Source of the DNA: Octopus bimaculoides
Lineage: Eukaryota
Direction of reading: 5' to 3'
Assembly (NCBI RefSeq): GCF_001194135.2
Contig: NC_068981.1
Coordinates: 149,971,398 to 150,035,397, forward strand
Length of the DNA: 64,000 nucleotides
How positions within the stretch are numbered: position 1 is the stretch's first letter; each line of letters starts with the position of its first letter. The position numbers and the translations under genes are program-made. This document shows, in pieces, positions 13,602 through 27,238 of the stretch. The notes under the pieces were generated by a model. That model ran no database searches. It saw only the letters and a list, made by a program, of their open reading frames with translations, and was not told where the DNA came from.

Positions 13602-13956
13602 CATGCTTACATTTTTATTCACCCACATGAGGCTTTGTGCTATACAAATATATTTCAACTGCAATGATGTGCATGAAATACATATTGCGTAATCAATGAC
13701 GAACCATCAAAAGCATAAATATACACATAATGTCCTCCACTAATGCACCAGACAGGTTTATGATTAATTTATATACTAGCAGATGGGTACCCTCTGTTGG
13801 GGAGAGAATCCTGTTATGATCTTCTAGGGAGAGATTACCAAACTGAGGAGCTGTTTTTTGGGTTACTCCTCTCTTCTTTCTTTGTATGAGAAGCATCGAA
13901 AAAATATATTTACATTCGTATTTTCCCCACATCGAGTTCTCGTAATAAATACACAG

Positions 13957-14017
<61 letters not shown>

Positions 14018-14212
14018 TGTGTATGTAAGTGTACATATATATTTATATATANNNNNNNNNNNNNNNNNNNNNNNNNNNNNNNNNNNNNNNNNNNNNNNNN
14101 NNNNNNNNNNNNNNNNNNNNNNNNNNNNNNNNNNNNNNNNNNNNNNNNNNNNNNNNNNNNNNNNNNNNNNNNNNNNNNNNNNNNNNNNNNNNNNNNNNNN
14201 NNNNNNNNNNNN

Positions 14213-14246
14213 AAACTGAAAGAGGCCCGTCGTATATATACATATA
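14213..14246 (+). mobile_element. SINE family B 3' end emerging from a gap
   Basis: AAACTGAAAGAGGCCCGTCGTATATATA matches the family B tail AAACTGAAAGAAGCCCGTCGTATATA. Confidence 0.7.
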
Positions 14247-16089
14247 TATATATATGAATGCATGTATGTGCGTTTGTGTGTGCGTATGTGCATCTATAAC
14301 TTAATCCTTAAAACTTCGGATTCAGAATGTTTGTATGCTGGGCTAGCTTTCCGTGCATGATCAGTAAAGCTATTAGGAAGCTGAAACTCATCAATGGATT
14401 ATTTTATCCAAGCATATTTCGGATCTTATGTAACTGTGAGAAATGAATACTATGAAAATTTCATATCTCATTACTAACATTTCATTAAATTTTATTCAAG
14501 CATACATCCATTATGTCCACTTTGCTCAATACAAACAAAGACAACAAAAATTATATATCAGTGCGAATGACTTCAACTTTTCTTCCTTTCTCACCTGTTG
14601 AATGATATACATTTTTTATATATTCGAGTTCACTTAGTTAACTTACTTTATCTTATAGAATTTGCTTTAGGCTGAAACAAATGATGTAATCTTCGTTATT
14701 TGCGCACTTGTTAATCATCGACAACGTCAGTATGATGAGTGAAGTAGATAATCGGTGTTTACTTGGAATATATATCATTTAAGTAAATTAACCTCGGCAT
14801 ATTTCCCTCTTCTGCTTTGTTTTCTTTTTTTCATGCGATCACCCAGAGAACGTTTTCGATTTGTAGAATATCATTGTATAATGCCTAATGACTGTGAATC
14901 GATTAATGGCTTTCATCATCTACTTTACTTCAGAATTAATTAACAGCAAAATTGAGAAAAATACATTATGAAAAATGATATATATGCAAATATATATGTA
15001 CGTACGTACATACATGCATATACACATATATACGTGTGTATGTGTGTGTATGTACGTATCTATGTATATATGTACTTTGTAAGTACTCTATATGTGTATA
15101 AATATATGCTCTCAAAGTGCTATACACACATACTGTTATACATATAAAATGGTGTGTAAAGTTACTTTTATTTAATAGAAAATGAACGGAAGATTAAGTC
15201 ATAAAAATGCTTTGCAAAAGAATATACTATTTGAACAGCATGAGTTGGATTTAACTGAAGAGTGTGACACAAATCGGTTTGCGATTTTGACATTACCATC
15301 CAACAATGGTACTGAAATATTTGGTACGAAGGGAAAACAGCAGTCAATAACATGAATCGTGCGAGGTTTTGACCACTCTGTACCAATATTTCTATTAGAC
15401 TTTTCTAAGTAATTTAATTACTATCGGTTCTTCACGTTTGTTACTTAGTTTCAATTTAACGTTCCATGTTTTCTAATGTAAGCAGCTCTGTAAGAAAAAT
15501 ATGTTCATAAACTTGCTTCCTCCTCTTGAAAATTGCAAGAGATCTGTATTTTGCACAAGACTTTTATATTTCTTAATTACATTTCTTAAAGAAAGTAGCT
15601 AGATATTTCATTGAAGATTTAATTTTCGTTTAAAAGGAATTCGAAATAATCTTGCAGATTTATCCCCACCCCCATCCATTAACTTACTTCATATCGCTGC
15701 AGAACTCTTCACATTCAATGATATATTTAGTCTTGTCGAATGAGCTTAATTATCAGAAAATAAAAGATAATACAATAAGAACCTGAATTCAACAACAAAT
15801 AGAAAGCAACGGTACTCGTTTTGTTCAATAAAATATTCTGTATTAATTTAGCACAAAAACCATACAATTATAACGAAGGAGAGCAGAGCTGAATGAAAAT
15901 ACTAGTATTGATCTCAACTTTACAGTTATGAAACACAAATACACTACAGGTGGAATCTGTAGAAACGACCATCAAGTGACATAAGTATAATGTGTGGCAT
16001 ATTGTTCGGCAATCTGCTGATTCTGCTAGTCGTCCTTATAAAATAGTGAATTCTAACACAGTCAAATGTTATAAAACTTGAGGGTGAAT

Positions 16090-16200
16090 GCAGTGAATTA
16101 TATCGACCCTATTACTTGCAAGATACATTATCTTATCCACTCCAGAAAGATTAAAGGCAAATTCAACTGTCGAAGATTTTGAACTCAAGATGTAAAGAAC
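16090..16200 (-). mobile_element. SINE family A fragment (old)
   Basis: ATCGACCC ... AAAGGCAAATTCAAC ... TTTGAACTCAAGATGTAAAG resembles the reverse complement of the family A core. Confidence 0.55.
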
Positions 16201-16762
16201 CTTTAATAAAAAATTGAAACGCATTTCGTGAGACGTTTTGGTAAGAATACATTCATTGGATTTCTTAGTGTATATATTGATACATAAAACAGACACATGG
16301 CCAAAAATATTTCTATAAATAGTCGGTATAATTGATTGAAATGCCTTAGTATTTGATTGGTATTTATTTTATTGTAACTGTTTATATCAAAGAGAAAATT
16401 GACTGTGACTGGATTCGACCACAAGACATAAAAGGTTGTCATGGAATAAAAAAGGTTGTCTCATGGATCAAAGGTGTTCCAGCCGTAAAGGCAGTACCTC
16501 GCCACTTTGCAGCATTGCCTTATTAATTTCAGTAGCACATAGTATGGTGAAACAATATCATACACTGATATTCTAAGACAACCTACAACTAAAACGTCTT
16601 TATTTCCAGAGGTTATTTATTCTAATCTGACGAGCAGGTGATCAAATATCATACAGAAGTTTAAATAATGAGTGTTGTTTTAATTGTGATTTAACCCCAA
16701 GGAAGATTACATTTACCAGACCTCTCTGAACTAAGGCTTTCTATGAATGACCTTCACGATGC

Positions 16763-16801
<39 letters not shown>

Positions 16802-16871
16802 CTGTGTGTACGTGTGTATCTGTGTGTGTGTGTCTGCGTGTGTGTGTGATTGTATGTGTGAGTGTGTATGA

Positions 16872-16915
<44 letters not shown>

Positions 16916-17988
16916 TGACAGAGTTGGTATGTGAAAGTACGGTCGTTAGATGTATAAAAGACAAAATAAGTGAAAAAACTATAAAAGACTTGTGCTATAT
17001 GGTTAAAGAATATATTATATACCATTTATATATTAAAAAAAACACATTGAATTCTATGAATCTTTTAATTGAAATTCGTAATCGCTTTTAATTTTAGTAC
17101 GAAAAGATAATTTATCAGTTCTTTTTCCCACAACTTATTTCCATGTATATCCCACATGGGTTTTATTTACATTTATTTTTATGTATATTTAGATATATAT
17201 ATTTATACTTTTTAAAATATTCATATATGCCCACATGTATTAATATCTATATACGCATTTCAATTCGAATTTATGACTGTATGAGTATGTTTAAAAAGTT
17301 GATTGCCTAATTTGAGTTTACATGTTAATCCTTATCTTTTGTCTCGTGTCCGACCCGAGTACTTCTTAGGCAGATGTATATATTTCGTAAGAAAGAGCAA
17401 TAATATGATATATCTATGTGTGTGAGTGTATATACATGTATGTATATAGTGTATTTGTGGTATATTTGTGGCTATTATCGTACGTGTATTTGTGGCTGTT
17501 ATCGTGAAAAGGTTAACAGTTTTCACACAAGTATATTTACGATACAAAAAACATTTGAAAACTTGATAAAAATAAACAAAGCATTTGCATTTTTTTCATC
17601 AAAATACGACACGGGTTTCAAACGCTTAAAAGGACAATTTAGTTATGAAGACATAAAAGGTAAAATAAATTGAAATAAATTATTTTTTAATTTAGGTTCA
17701 GAAGATCACATGTTTTTCTATTCAAGAATCACATGGTATTCGTGTGTCTTTTTCTTCTGACTGTTGCTGTTTCGTGGACACAGCCACTGCTACCTCCATT
17801 ACCTACCAATAATCAGATGAAACGAAACACCAACATCATATGATTTTGTAAGAAAAACATGTGATCTTCCAGGATGGAAGTTTACATTAATTTGATTTTT
17901 TCATTTTATATATTCTCTTACATCTCTCTGACTAAATCTTCCTTTTAAGCGATTCAAACCCGTTGCATATCTCAAGACATTCTTTTTG

Positions 17989-18024
<36 letters not shown>

Positions 18025-18540
18025 NNNNNNNNNNNNNNNNNNNNNNNNNNNNNNNNNNNNNNNNNNNNNNNNNNNNNNNNNNNNNNNNNNNNNNNNNNNN
18101 NNNNNNNNNNNNNNNNNNNNNNNNNNNNNNNNNNNNNNNNNNNNNNNNNNNNNNNNNNNNNNNNNNNNNNNNNNNNNNNNNNNNNNNNNNNNNNNNNNNN
18201 NNNNNNNNNNNNNNNNNNNNNNNNNNNNNNNNNNNNNNNNNNNNNNNNNNNNNNNNNNNNNNNNNNNNNNNNNNNNNNNNNNNNNNNNNNNNNNNNNNNN
18301 NNNNNNNNNNNNNNNNNNNNNNNNNNNNNNNNNNNNNNNNNNNNNNNNNNNNNNNNNNNNNNNNNNNNNNNNNNNNNNNNNNNNNNNNNNNNNNNNNNNN
18401 NNNNNNNNNNNNNNNNNNNNNNNNNNNNNNNNNNNNNNNNNNNNNNNNNNNNNNNNNNNNNNNNNNNNNNNNNNNNNNNNNNNNNNNNNNNNNNNNNNNN
18501 NNNNNNNNNNNNNNNNNATATATATATATATATATATATA

Positions 18541-18706
18541 TACGACGGGCTTCTTTCAGTTTCCGTCTACCAAATCCACTCACAATGCTTTTGTCGGCCC
18601 GAGGCTATAGTAGAAGACACGTGCCCAAGGTGCCACGCAGTGGGACTAAGACCGGGACCATGTGGTTGGTAAGCAAGCTACTTACCACACAGCCACTCCT
18701 ACGCCT
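18541..18706 (-). mobile_element. SINE family B, near full length, (TA)n tail running into a gap
   Basis: Minus strand reads AGGCGTAGGAGTGGCTGTGTGGTAAGTAGCTTGCTTACCAACCACATGGTCCCGGTCTTAGTCCCACTGCGTGGCACCTTGGGCACGTGTC...GGAAACTGAAAGAAGCCCGTCGTA(TA)n. Confidence 0.9.
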
Positions 18707-20274
18707 ATAAATTTTAGTAAGACCCCCTTGGTGCAGGCCCTGGGTAGGATTGAACCCTGCCCAGGATGTTTAATGTCTAATTATGTCTCTACCCACAAGA
18801 CCACCAAGACACCCTTGTTGGCTCAAAGCAGAGAGAGAGACGATGTTGAGGTTCAGCATTGTTTAACAGCAGAATGAAAAGAGAGAAACAGAGGATGAAC
18901 GGTAACAGATGCAATAGCCTAAATATTTGAAAGCTCAGCCTTCACTTACATGCTCAACTTTACGAATGGTTAAGAATTTCTTTTTCAATCATAAGGCTCC
19001 GAAATCGATCACACCGTGCAGTAATTTGGTCACAGCGTTTTAACATAACTTGTAATCAATCCATACTCTGTGCCCTAACCTAAGCCATTTGAACAAACTA
19101 CGATAAAATACATTCCAACAATTACTCTCCCTTCTTTTATAAGGTACACTGTGCTCGACAGTATATCTTGGTTTCTAGAACTGCATCATATGATGGCAGT
19201 ATTTCAGGTATTTCTAGGGCGAGTGATGATGTTGATGTACCTTCGTCAGCTTGTACGGAAATGGTTAAATCGAAGACGTGGCAGCCCATCGATGTAATGA
19301 ATCGAGGTTATAACATACCATTCTTGAGCTTCATGTACAAATACATCAATATGCCAGTAGTACCCCGGCTTTTGAACAACTCTGATCGCGAATAAATCGT
19401 GCTATATATATATATATATNNNNNNNNNNNNNNNNNNNNNNNNNNNNNNNNNNNNNNNNNNNNNNNNNNNNNNNNNNNNNNNNNNNNNNNNNNNNNNNNN
19501 NNNNNNNNNNNNNNNNNNNNNNNNNNNNNNNNNNNNNNNNNNNNNNNNNNNNNNNNNNNNNNNNNNNNNNNNNNNNNNNNNNNNNNNNNNNNNNNNNNNN
19601 NNNNNNNNNNNNNNNNNNNNNNNNNNNNNNNNNNNNNNNNNNNNNNNNNNNNNNNNNNNNNNNNNNNNNNNNNNNNNNNNNNNNNNNNNNNNNNNNNNNN
19701 NNNNNNNNNNNNNNNNNNNNNNNNNNNNNNNNNNNNNNNNNNNNNNNNNNNNNNNNNNNNNNNNNNNNNNNNNNNNNNNNNNNNNNNNNNNNNNNNNNNN
19801 NNNNNNNNNNNNNNNNNNNNNNNNNNNNNNNNNNNNNNNNNNNNNNNNNNNNNNNNNNNNNNNNNNNNNNNNNNNNNNNNNNNNNNNNNNNNNNNNNNNN
19901 NNNNNNNNNNNNNNNNNNNNNNNNNNNNNNNNNNNNNNNNNNNNNNNNNNNNNNNNNNNNNNNNNNNNNNNNNNNNNNNNNNNNNNNNNNNNNNNNNNNN
20001 NNNNNNNNNNNNNNNNNNNNNNNNNNNNNNNNNNNNNNNNNNNNNNNNNNNNNNNNNNNNNNNNNNNNNNNNNNNNNNNNNNNNNNNNNNNNNNNNNNNN
20101 NNNNNNNNNNNNTATATATATAAAGCACGAATTATTCGTGATGAGAGGCGTTCGTAAATCGATGTATTATTGTATTAAATGAATATGATAAAGACAGGAG
20201 ATAAAGTACGATTTATTCGGGATCAGAGTTGTTCGAAAACCGAGATTCTAATGTGTGTGTGTATATATATACAT

Positions 20275-20327
<53 letters not shown>

Positions 20328-20550
20328 CATATATATATACGTAATCTGTGCATGTATCAATATGTGTATCTAAAGGAGTGATTAATAAAGCTGCTGCTAG
20401 AATAACATCAACAAACAAATATTAGCAAAAACCATTCATCCCCCCAGGGCGTGTTCGCGTGTTTCTGATGGCGTATGGGTTTTCTCGTTTATGTTTGATG
20501 ATTTATGCTTCATATTTACATATATGTACTACATACAATTGTGTGTGTGT

Positions 20551-20667
20551 ACCTACCTACCTACCCACCTAGCTACCTGCCTGCCCGCCTACCTACCTAC
20601 ATACAAACATACATGTATATACACACACACACACACATATATATATATACACACCTACCTACCTGCC

Positions 20668-20714
<47 letters not shown>

Positions 20715-20812
20715 CACAGAGAGAGAGAGAGACACAGAGAGAGAGAGAGACACAGAGAGAGAGAGACACAGAGAGAGAGAGAGAGACACAGAGAGAGAGA
20801 GAGAGAGAGAGA
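20551..20812. repeat. Compound microsatellite: (CCTA)n, (CA)n, (TA)n, (GA)n interrupted by CACA
   Basis: Seen directly. Confidence 0.95.
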
Positions 20813-22889
20813 AAATAAAAAGTGAGTAACAAATGCCGCGTGCAGTAGAGTAAACAACATTGTATTATATTTATAGTAATAGTAGATTGCTTGGTAGTAG
20901 TATATGTGTGCATGTGCACGAGTGTGTACCGCAATGTCTACTGACGTTCATGTGACTTTTAAATTGCTAATTCTCTTTCATTTTGGCTTTCCTGCTTCAT
21001 AAATCTATCTATATCTTTTGAGATAAATATTGCATTGTATTGCTTCACAATTAGTTCTCATATGAATGTTCTGTACTAAAAAGCCTTATATTGTGATATT
21101 AAATTTTCGCTCTCTTTCAGTCTCCCCTGCTAATCACGACTTTATATTTATCGACTAATGTGCTTCGTGCTACAACATTAAAATGTATTCTACTAGTATG
21201 TTTACAGTGTACTTTAAAATGTTTCTATGAACTCTGAAATGCTGTCTATTAATTGCTTATTTAGGTACCTATTGTATCATGTGTCCTTCATTTGTACATG
21301 AATAATTTTCATGATATTGATTTTATATTTTGTTTTGATTAATTTTGCTTTTATCTTTCGTTTACGTTTTAGCTAATTTTCTTTGCGTGTTGTTGATTAA
21401 ATTTCAAAGCGTAAAATCACAGTGTGGGGAGAGATGGGGTAAGGAGAAAGTGAACTTCAATTTCGATTCATCAACAATGTAAATTTAATAAGTATCCTTA
21501 AGCATTTTTATTTCTTACTTTCTTAACATTTTTTATCAAATTAATCTTCATGTTGTAATGTTTTATTAACAATTAACTGATACTGCCATCCACACATTTG
21601 CTGATTTCCTTTTATTATCCCGGGACAAAAGCTAAATCTGTTATCTTTTATCTCGAGTGGTTGCTATTCTATTTCGTTACTGATTTTAGTATTACTTTTA
21701 CAGTTTATATAAGTGATCATTAATTTAAAAATCAATTTATGAGAGGAAATACATACGATTAGTTTTAAATAACAGTAATTAAATATATTATCCATACAAA
21801 TATAATTATTTCTTGAAATAAAATTACAGAATAAATACTGTAATAATGAGAATCTTACGTTTTTTAAAATTATCCAGTTACGGAATAAGATTTAGTCTTC
21901 ATATTAACATTTTTCATGGGTCTCAATACCCTAAAAGGAAATTTTTGATGTTTTTTTTGTTTTTCATTATAAATATTTCAAAACTATCATGATTGCTAGA
22001 TATATATATATGGCTCAATGAATAGGAAGGGATATCTGTAACTGTCAAATTGCTGGTGTTAGGAATCATGTCAGTCGAACATAGATTCTCGCGAACAAAA
22101 ATACTATGCGCGTTACAAATGCTTGTATAAATCCTGGATAGATTAATATGTACCTTAAATCTTTGTCTGTAAGACAGAGGTAAACTCTGAGACACAGTAA
22201 CATGTAGTAAACTATATGGCATAAAAAAGAAATAAAATTTTCACATTATAAAGTCTGTCTCCCTTGGCTTTACAAACCTGAATTAGTCAATCGGACTATG
22301 ATTACTCCCCAACATAGAGGTCTTTAATGAATTAATCAGAATAGCTTGGCTGTATATACCTAGCATGTCTACGCCCACAGTACTACGTTATAAAATGCCA
22401 AGCTGCAAACATATTTCCACAACATTCAACAATCGACCACTTCATGCATTTTGAACGTTGAAACGTGAAACAAAAACGGAAATTGTTAGTCTTCGTCTGT
22501 AACAATTTATTCAACTTTCAGAATCAAATTATGGCATTTAAAACGAGTGAGTATTCAATAGAAAACATATAGTAAAGCGAGCTATTATTTTTCAAATGCT
22601 GGATAGCCAATACAAATTATGCTTATATATGGCTTCTGGTATCATAATATATATCTTAATGCATGGAGACAGTAAGTAGACATATTGAGATGGCAATTTA
22701 ACAGAATGTCATACAATTTCTAAATAAATATTTCATTTTTTTTTTCTACAAATTCAATAACTTGCTGTTTCTGAAAACACAGCGTAGGTGGCATGGACAA
22801 TTTTGATACATCCCTCGAATAAGTACTGTAAGTTATATGCAGTACAAAAATATAAAATTTTCTCATTAAACTGATATTAGTTATTAATA

Positions 22890-23100
22890 TCTGTTTCAAA
22901 TTTTGGAACAAGGCCAGCAATTTCGAAGGACGGGTTCAGTTGATTACATCGACCCCAGCATTCAAATAGTACTTCCTTCATAAACCCTAAAAGGACGAAA
23001 GGTAAAGTTTACAATGGCTTGAAATCAAAATGAAGGACAGGCGAAATGCTTCTAAGCATTTTTGTCCGGTGTGCTAACGATTCTACCAGCTCATCACCTT
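22890..23100 (-). mobile_element. SINE family A
   Basis: GCTAACGATTCTACCAGCTCATCACCTT is the reverse complement of the head; TTGATTACATCGACCCCAGC and GGAACAAGGCCAGCAATTT match the reverse complement of the body and 3' end. Confidence 0.8.
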
Positions 23101-23102
23101 AA

Positions 23103-23676
23103 TCTATAATACATTAAAAATATACTTTAATCTTACTTGCTTGCAATGCTACACAGCCAAACTGGTGCACAATGAATACAAACGGATTAAAACAAGTTTC
23201 GCGTAAATCGGACCAGTGGTTATTGAGATATTCGGGGTTTTGGTGGTATAAATACTCAAAACTGTGCATAATGAGAAAATACTACAAAAATAACTTTACC
23301 CTAGAAGGAAAGGAACTCTAAACTTTCCATTAGGCACATCATGATGGGCATAATATTTTAAAATGAAAATGGCTTTAAAAATACGGTAAATATTTTGTGA
23401 AGGAACCTTGGTTCGAAACCTTGGTGTGAAATACTTTTTTTTCTATTGGTTTCTTTCAAGTGCATTCAACGTATCTCACCTCCAAAGATTTGGCTGTTAT
23501 TTCTAGCACGCTCTGCTACCATGTAGCAGCTATTTGCAATAAGGACTCGAAATACTTGTTATGTAGTAGAAAACATGCGAAATAACCTGGAAAAGAAAAG
23601 AAAAGCCACGAAATAGAACTCCGTTGCTAGGAAACTCAGACTTTCCCGGTGACCCAGTGCGTCACGGGTAGTCTAG
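23103..23676 (+). mobile_element. Probable non-autonomous Helitron
   Basis: 5' end A|TCTATAATACATT at 23102/23103; 3' GC-rich hairpin CCCGGTGAC-CCAGTGC-GTCACGGG (23645-23668) then CTAG|T at 23673-23677; A|T insertion site and no TSD. The internal AAGTTTCGCGTAAATCGGACCAGTGGTT resembles a motif common in invertebrate non-autonomous Helitrons (recalled). Confidence 0.5.
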
Positions 23677-23745
23677 TAATAGTTATTAATATCGAAGCCT
23701 ATTTTCAAATGTGCTGCAGATAACAATTGTATAGAATATTGATAA

Positions 23746-24720
23746 AAGCTGCGCTGAATGGGCAAGTGCGTTATCATGGTACAATTGACACTCACCGGAC
23801 GCATGCAATTGTGACCTTTTCCGACGAGTAGTATCCCGCAAACGCCGCAAAACGTCAGGGTAGTACTCCTTGTTTACTGTCTGACCGGGTGGAGCAAACT
23901 CATGACAAACAAACTCCTTGTAGTCGAAGAAAATGGTTAACAGTGTCTTCACATTGCTTCCACTCATTCGTTCTTTCTTCGGTCTCGGAGAGGTTGGTGT
24001 CTTCCACTGCGAAGACTGAGCCTTTTCGGGGTCATAGCCATAGACCCACGATTCATCAGCCGTTATGACCGTATTCAAAAAAATTTCATCGTTCTCGACA
24101 CAATCAAGGAAATCTTGTGCAATTGAAACCCGTGTTATTCTTTGGTCAGCTGAAAGTGGTTTTGGCACAAACTGCGCAGACACGCGTCTCACACCCAAAT
24201 CTTCACTGATAGTGGACTGAACCGAACCATAACTAATCTGCACATCTTGTGATAAATCACAAATGGTGATTCGACGATTTCCTCTGACAACTACACGCAC
24301 ATCTGCGATGATTTTTTCTCAGTTCTGCTCTTTTCAAGTCTCCCAGACTGTCATCACTATCGACAGTTTTTCGGCCATCTTGAAACGTCTGAACCACTCG
24401 CACAATTATGTGTAGCTCATACATTCCTATCTATACACTTTCTGCAACTTTGTGTTGGCCTCTGAGCAGGTATCTCGAAGCTTTTGGCCAAATTTGTTGT
24501 AGATTCTGTACTCACTTCCTCTGATATAGTCAATACGACGATTACACGTTACACACGTTCCTTCTAAGAACTGCTGTAAACAGTGGAAGTGAACTAGAAA
24601 GTTAAAACTTAATGCGCGTGCAAAACAGAGTTCAAGGTCAATCTGTGCCAAGCGGCTTTACTCTGCGTGCGTTAGCTTCGTTACTATGGCAACAGTCTGG
24701 ATACTTATTGATCGGACCAC
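23746..24720 (-). mobile_element. Mariner remnant (irritans-like), 3'-truncated, pseudogenised transposase
   Basis: ORF 23686-24300(-) has RRVSAQFVPKPL, VITADESWVYGYDPE, QSSQWKTPTSPRPKK and YHDNALAH (first two catalytic Asp); the N-terminal HTH (EWFRRFQDGRKTVDSDD) lies upstream with stops. The third Asp and the 3' ITR are absent. ITR-like GGTCCGATCAATAAGTATCCAGACTG at 24718-24693(-). Confidence 0.92.
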
Positions 24721-24729
24721 ACACACATA

Positions 24730-24794
<65 letters not shown>

Positions 24795-25356
24795 NNNNNN
24801 NNNNNNNNNNNNNNNNNNNNNNNNNNNNNNNNNNNNNNNNNNNNNNNNNNNNNNNNNNNNNNNNNNNNNNNNNNNNNNNNNNNNNNNNNNNNNNNNNNNN
24901 NNNNNNNNNNNNNNNNNNNNNNNNNNNNNNNNNNNNNNNNNNNNNNNNNNNNNNNNNNNNNNNNNNNNNNNNNNNNNNNNNNNNNNNNNNNNNNNNNNNN
25001 NNNNNNNNNNNNNNNNNNNNNNNNNNNNNNNNNNNNNNNNNNNNNNNNNNNNNNNNNNNNNNNNNNNNNNNNNNNNNNNNNNNNNNNNNNNNNNNNNNNN
25101 NNNNNNNNNNNNNNNNNNNNNNNNNNNNNNNNNNNNNNNNNNNNNNNNNNNNNNNNNNNNNNNNNNNNNNNNNNNNNNNNNNNNNNNNNNNNNNNNNNNN
25201 NNNNNNNNNNNNNNNNNNNNNNNNNNNNNNNNNNNNNNNNNNNNNNNNNNNNNNNNNNNNNNNNNNNNNNNNNNNNNNNNNNNNNNNNNNNNNNNNNNNN
25301 NNNNNNNNNNNNNNNNNNNNNNNNNNNNNNNNNNNNNNNNNNNNNNNNNNNNNNNN

Positions 25357-25412
<56 letters not shown>

Positions 25413-27187
25413 GTGTGTGTATGTATATAACGTGCGTGTGCATGTGTGCGTGCGTGCATGTGTGTATTTACCATTGCCTTGTTAAAAATATACTATTACA
25501 TCAAGAATAAACAGATAAATATTCTAGCCTGAAGCAGGGAATTTATGAGATACTCAAGTACATATTTCTGGAAGTGCAGACTCTATGAAGACATCAAACA
25601 TCCAACCGCTGTGCTCTGCATCAAATGAAAAATTATGTGTTGAGGTTGAGGTCAGTCTTATTTCGTATTTTGATATTTGTACTTATATTTTCTCAATGAC
25701 TATAATTACATTATTCTGCTTAGTTAATACCATTAGTGTAGCCTTAATTCAATACGCCAATTTTAATATATAAACATTCAGTACGGCAATTTAAATGCAT
25801 AAAATAGGATTCCCGACCTTGATCTAGAAACAACAACGCTATACCTAACCAACTGTAAACTGACAGGTATAGTTAGCCGTTAACTGTGATACAATTGAAT
25901 GTTCTCCTGATATAGTCAGACTAAAATAGAATTAATGCAATGAATGATTGAATAAGTGAATGACTGGATAAATCAATCGATCAATCAAGCATGTTCAATT
26001 ATGCTATTTTTGTTTTGTTTTAATGTTTACGAACATTTGGCTTTATAAAAAAGCGTATGAAAGCCAAGATATATTGTAAATAAAAAATGTATTTCAAAGT
26101 CAAGGGAAAATAAAATGATGTTCAATAATCTAAAGCTGAATGTTTTCATATTACATTCATGTTTCTGCAGATTGTTACATACATAACATTTTTCACAAAA
26201 CATATTTTACACTGTTGTGGCTGACAGTTAAAACATATTAAACAATGAATATAATGCCTCAGTAATTCATGAAAGTTTATGTACTTTAAGATATATATAC
26301 ATATGTGTGTGTGTGTGTGTGTGCGTATTTGATCGATAAACGTATGTAATATAAAGCAAGCGATATTGACTATATGGATAATTAATATCTATTGTTTTAG
26401 GTCTTAAAAACTCTATTATCAAACTTATACATCCTCACAAACCCGATCACATATACACACATACAGATACACGTACATGATCACAGAAAACACTAAAACA
26501 TTTTGTAATCATTTGATTGGGAAACTTACGCCTCCACCAACACAAAGGGCCTCAATGTTAAAAACAAAGTACACAAGATTGATTCCATCCTTTTATTTTA
26601 TAACATACTAACTTTTACGCCTATCAAAAGCTCGCCTCAGTGAAAAGAGAGACTACATACAAACATATACTCACACCTATACTGGACTTTAGATTTAAAC
26701 TCCGATGAAGATACCGGGTGATATACAATCACTCAAATATGAGTGCATTGCATATTAAAGAAGAAACACCTGTAAGCTAGTGAAGTTCAGGACACAATTT
26801 CTTATTCTCTTGTTTATCTAATTTAATATTTCTCTGTATTCGACTGATGTTTTGCTCTGAAGCATATGTACATTAAGTTCTAACAACAGACTATTATCAT
26901 TAGCCTAAGCAAAATAATAAAATTCAGTGTGTGTGTGTGCGTGCGCGTCTGTGTGTTGGAGCATAATTTAACATTGTGCACTTGTTTTATCTGTCACCTG
27001 TTTTGATAAGAAATCAAGTATAGTGGCTGGTAGAAATTTCTACGTACAGTCATTTTGGTTCTGGTTTCGACTTACTATATATTAAATCATCTATATTCTG
27101 AAGTTGGTATTGAGTACTTGTTTCTTGGTGGTTACACACACACACACATACACACACACACACACAAACGCACACACACACACAAAC

Positions 27188-27238
<51 letters not shown>

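Noticed and set aside
19168-19395. DVMNRGYNIPF, reminiscent of the GYxIPF motif before DIRS-type RT
   Set aside because: Only a 6-residue similarity with no downstream RT motifs.
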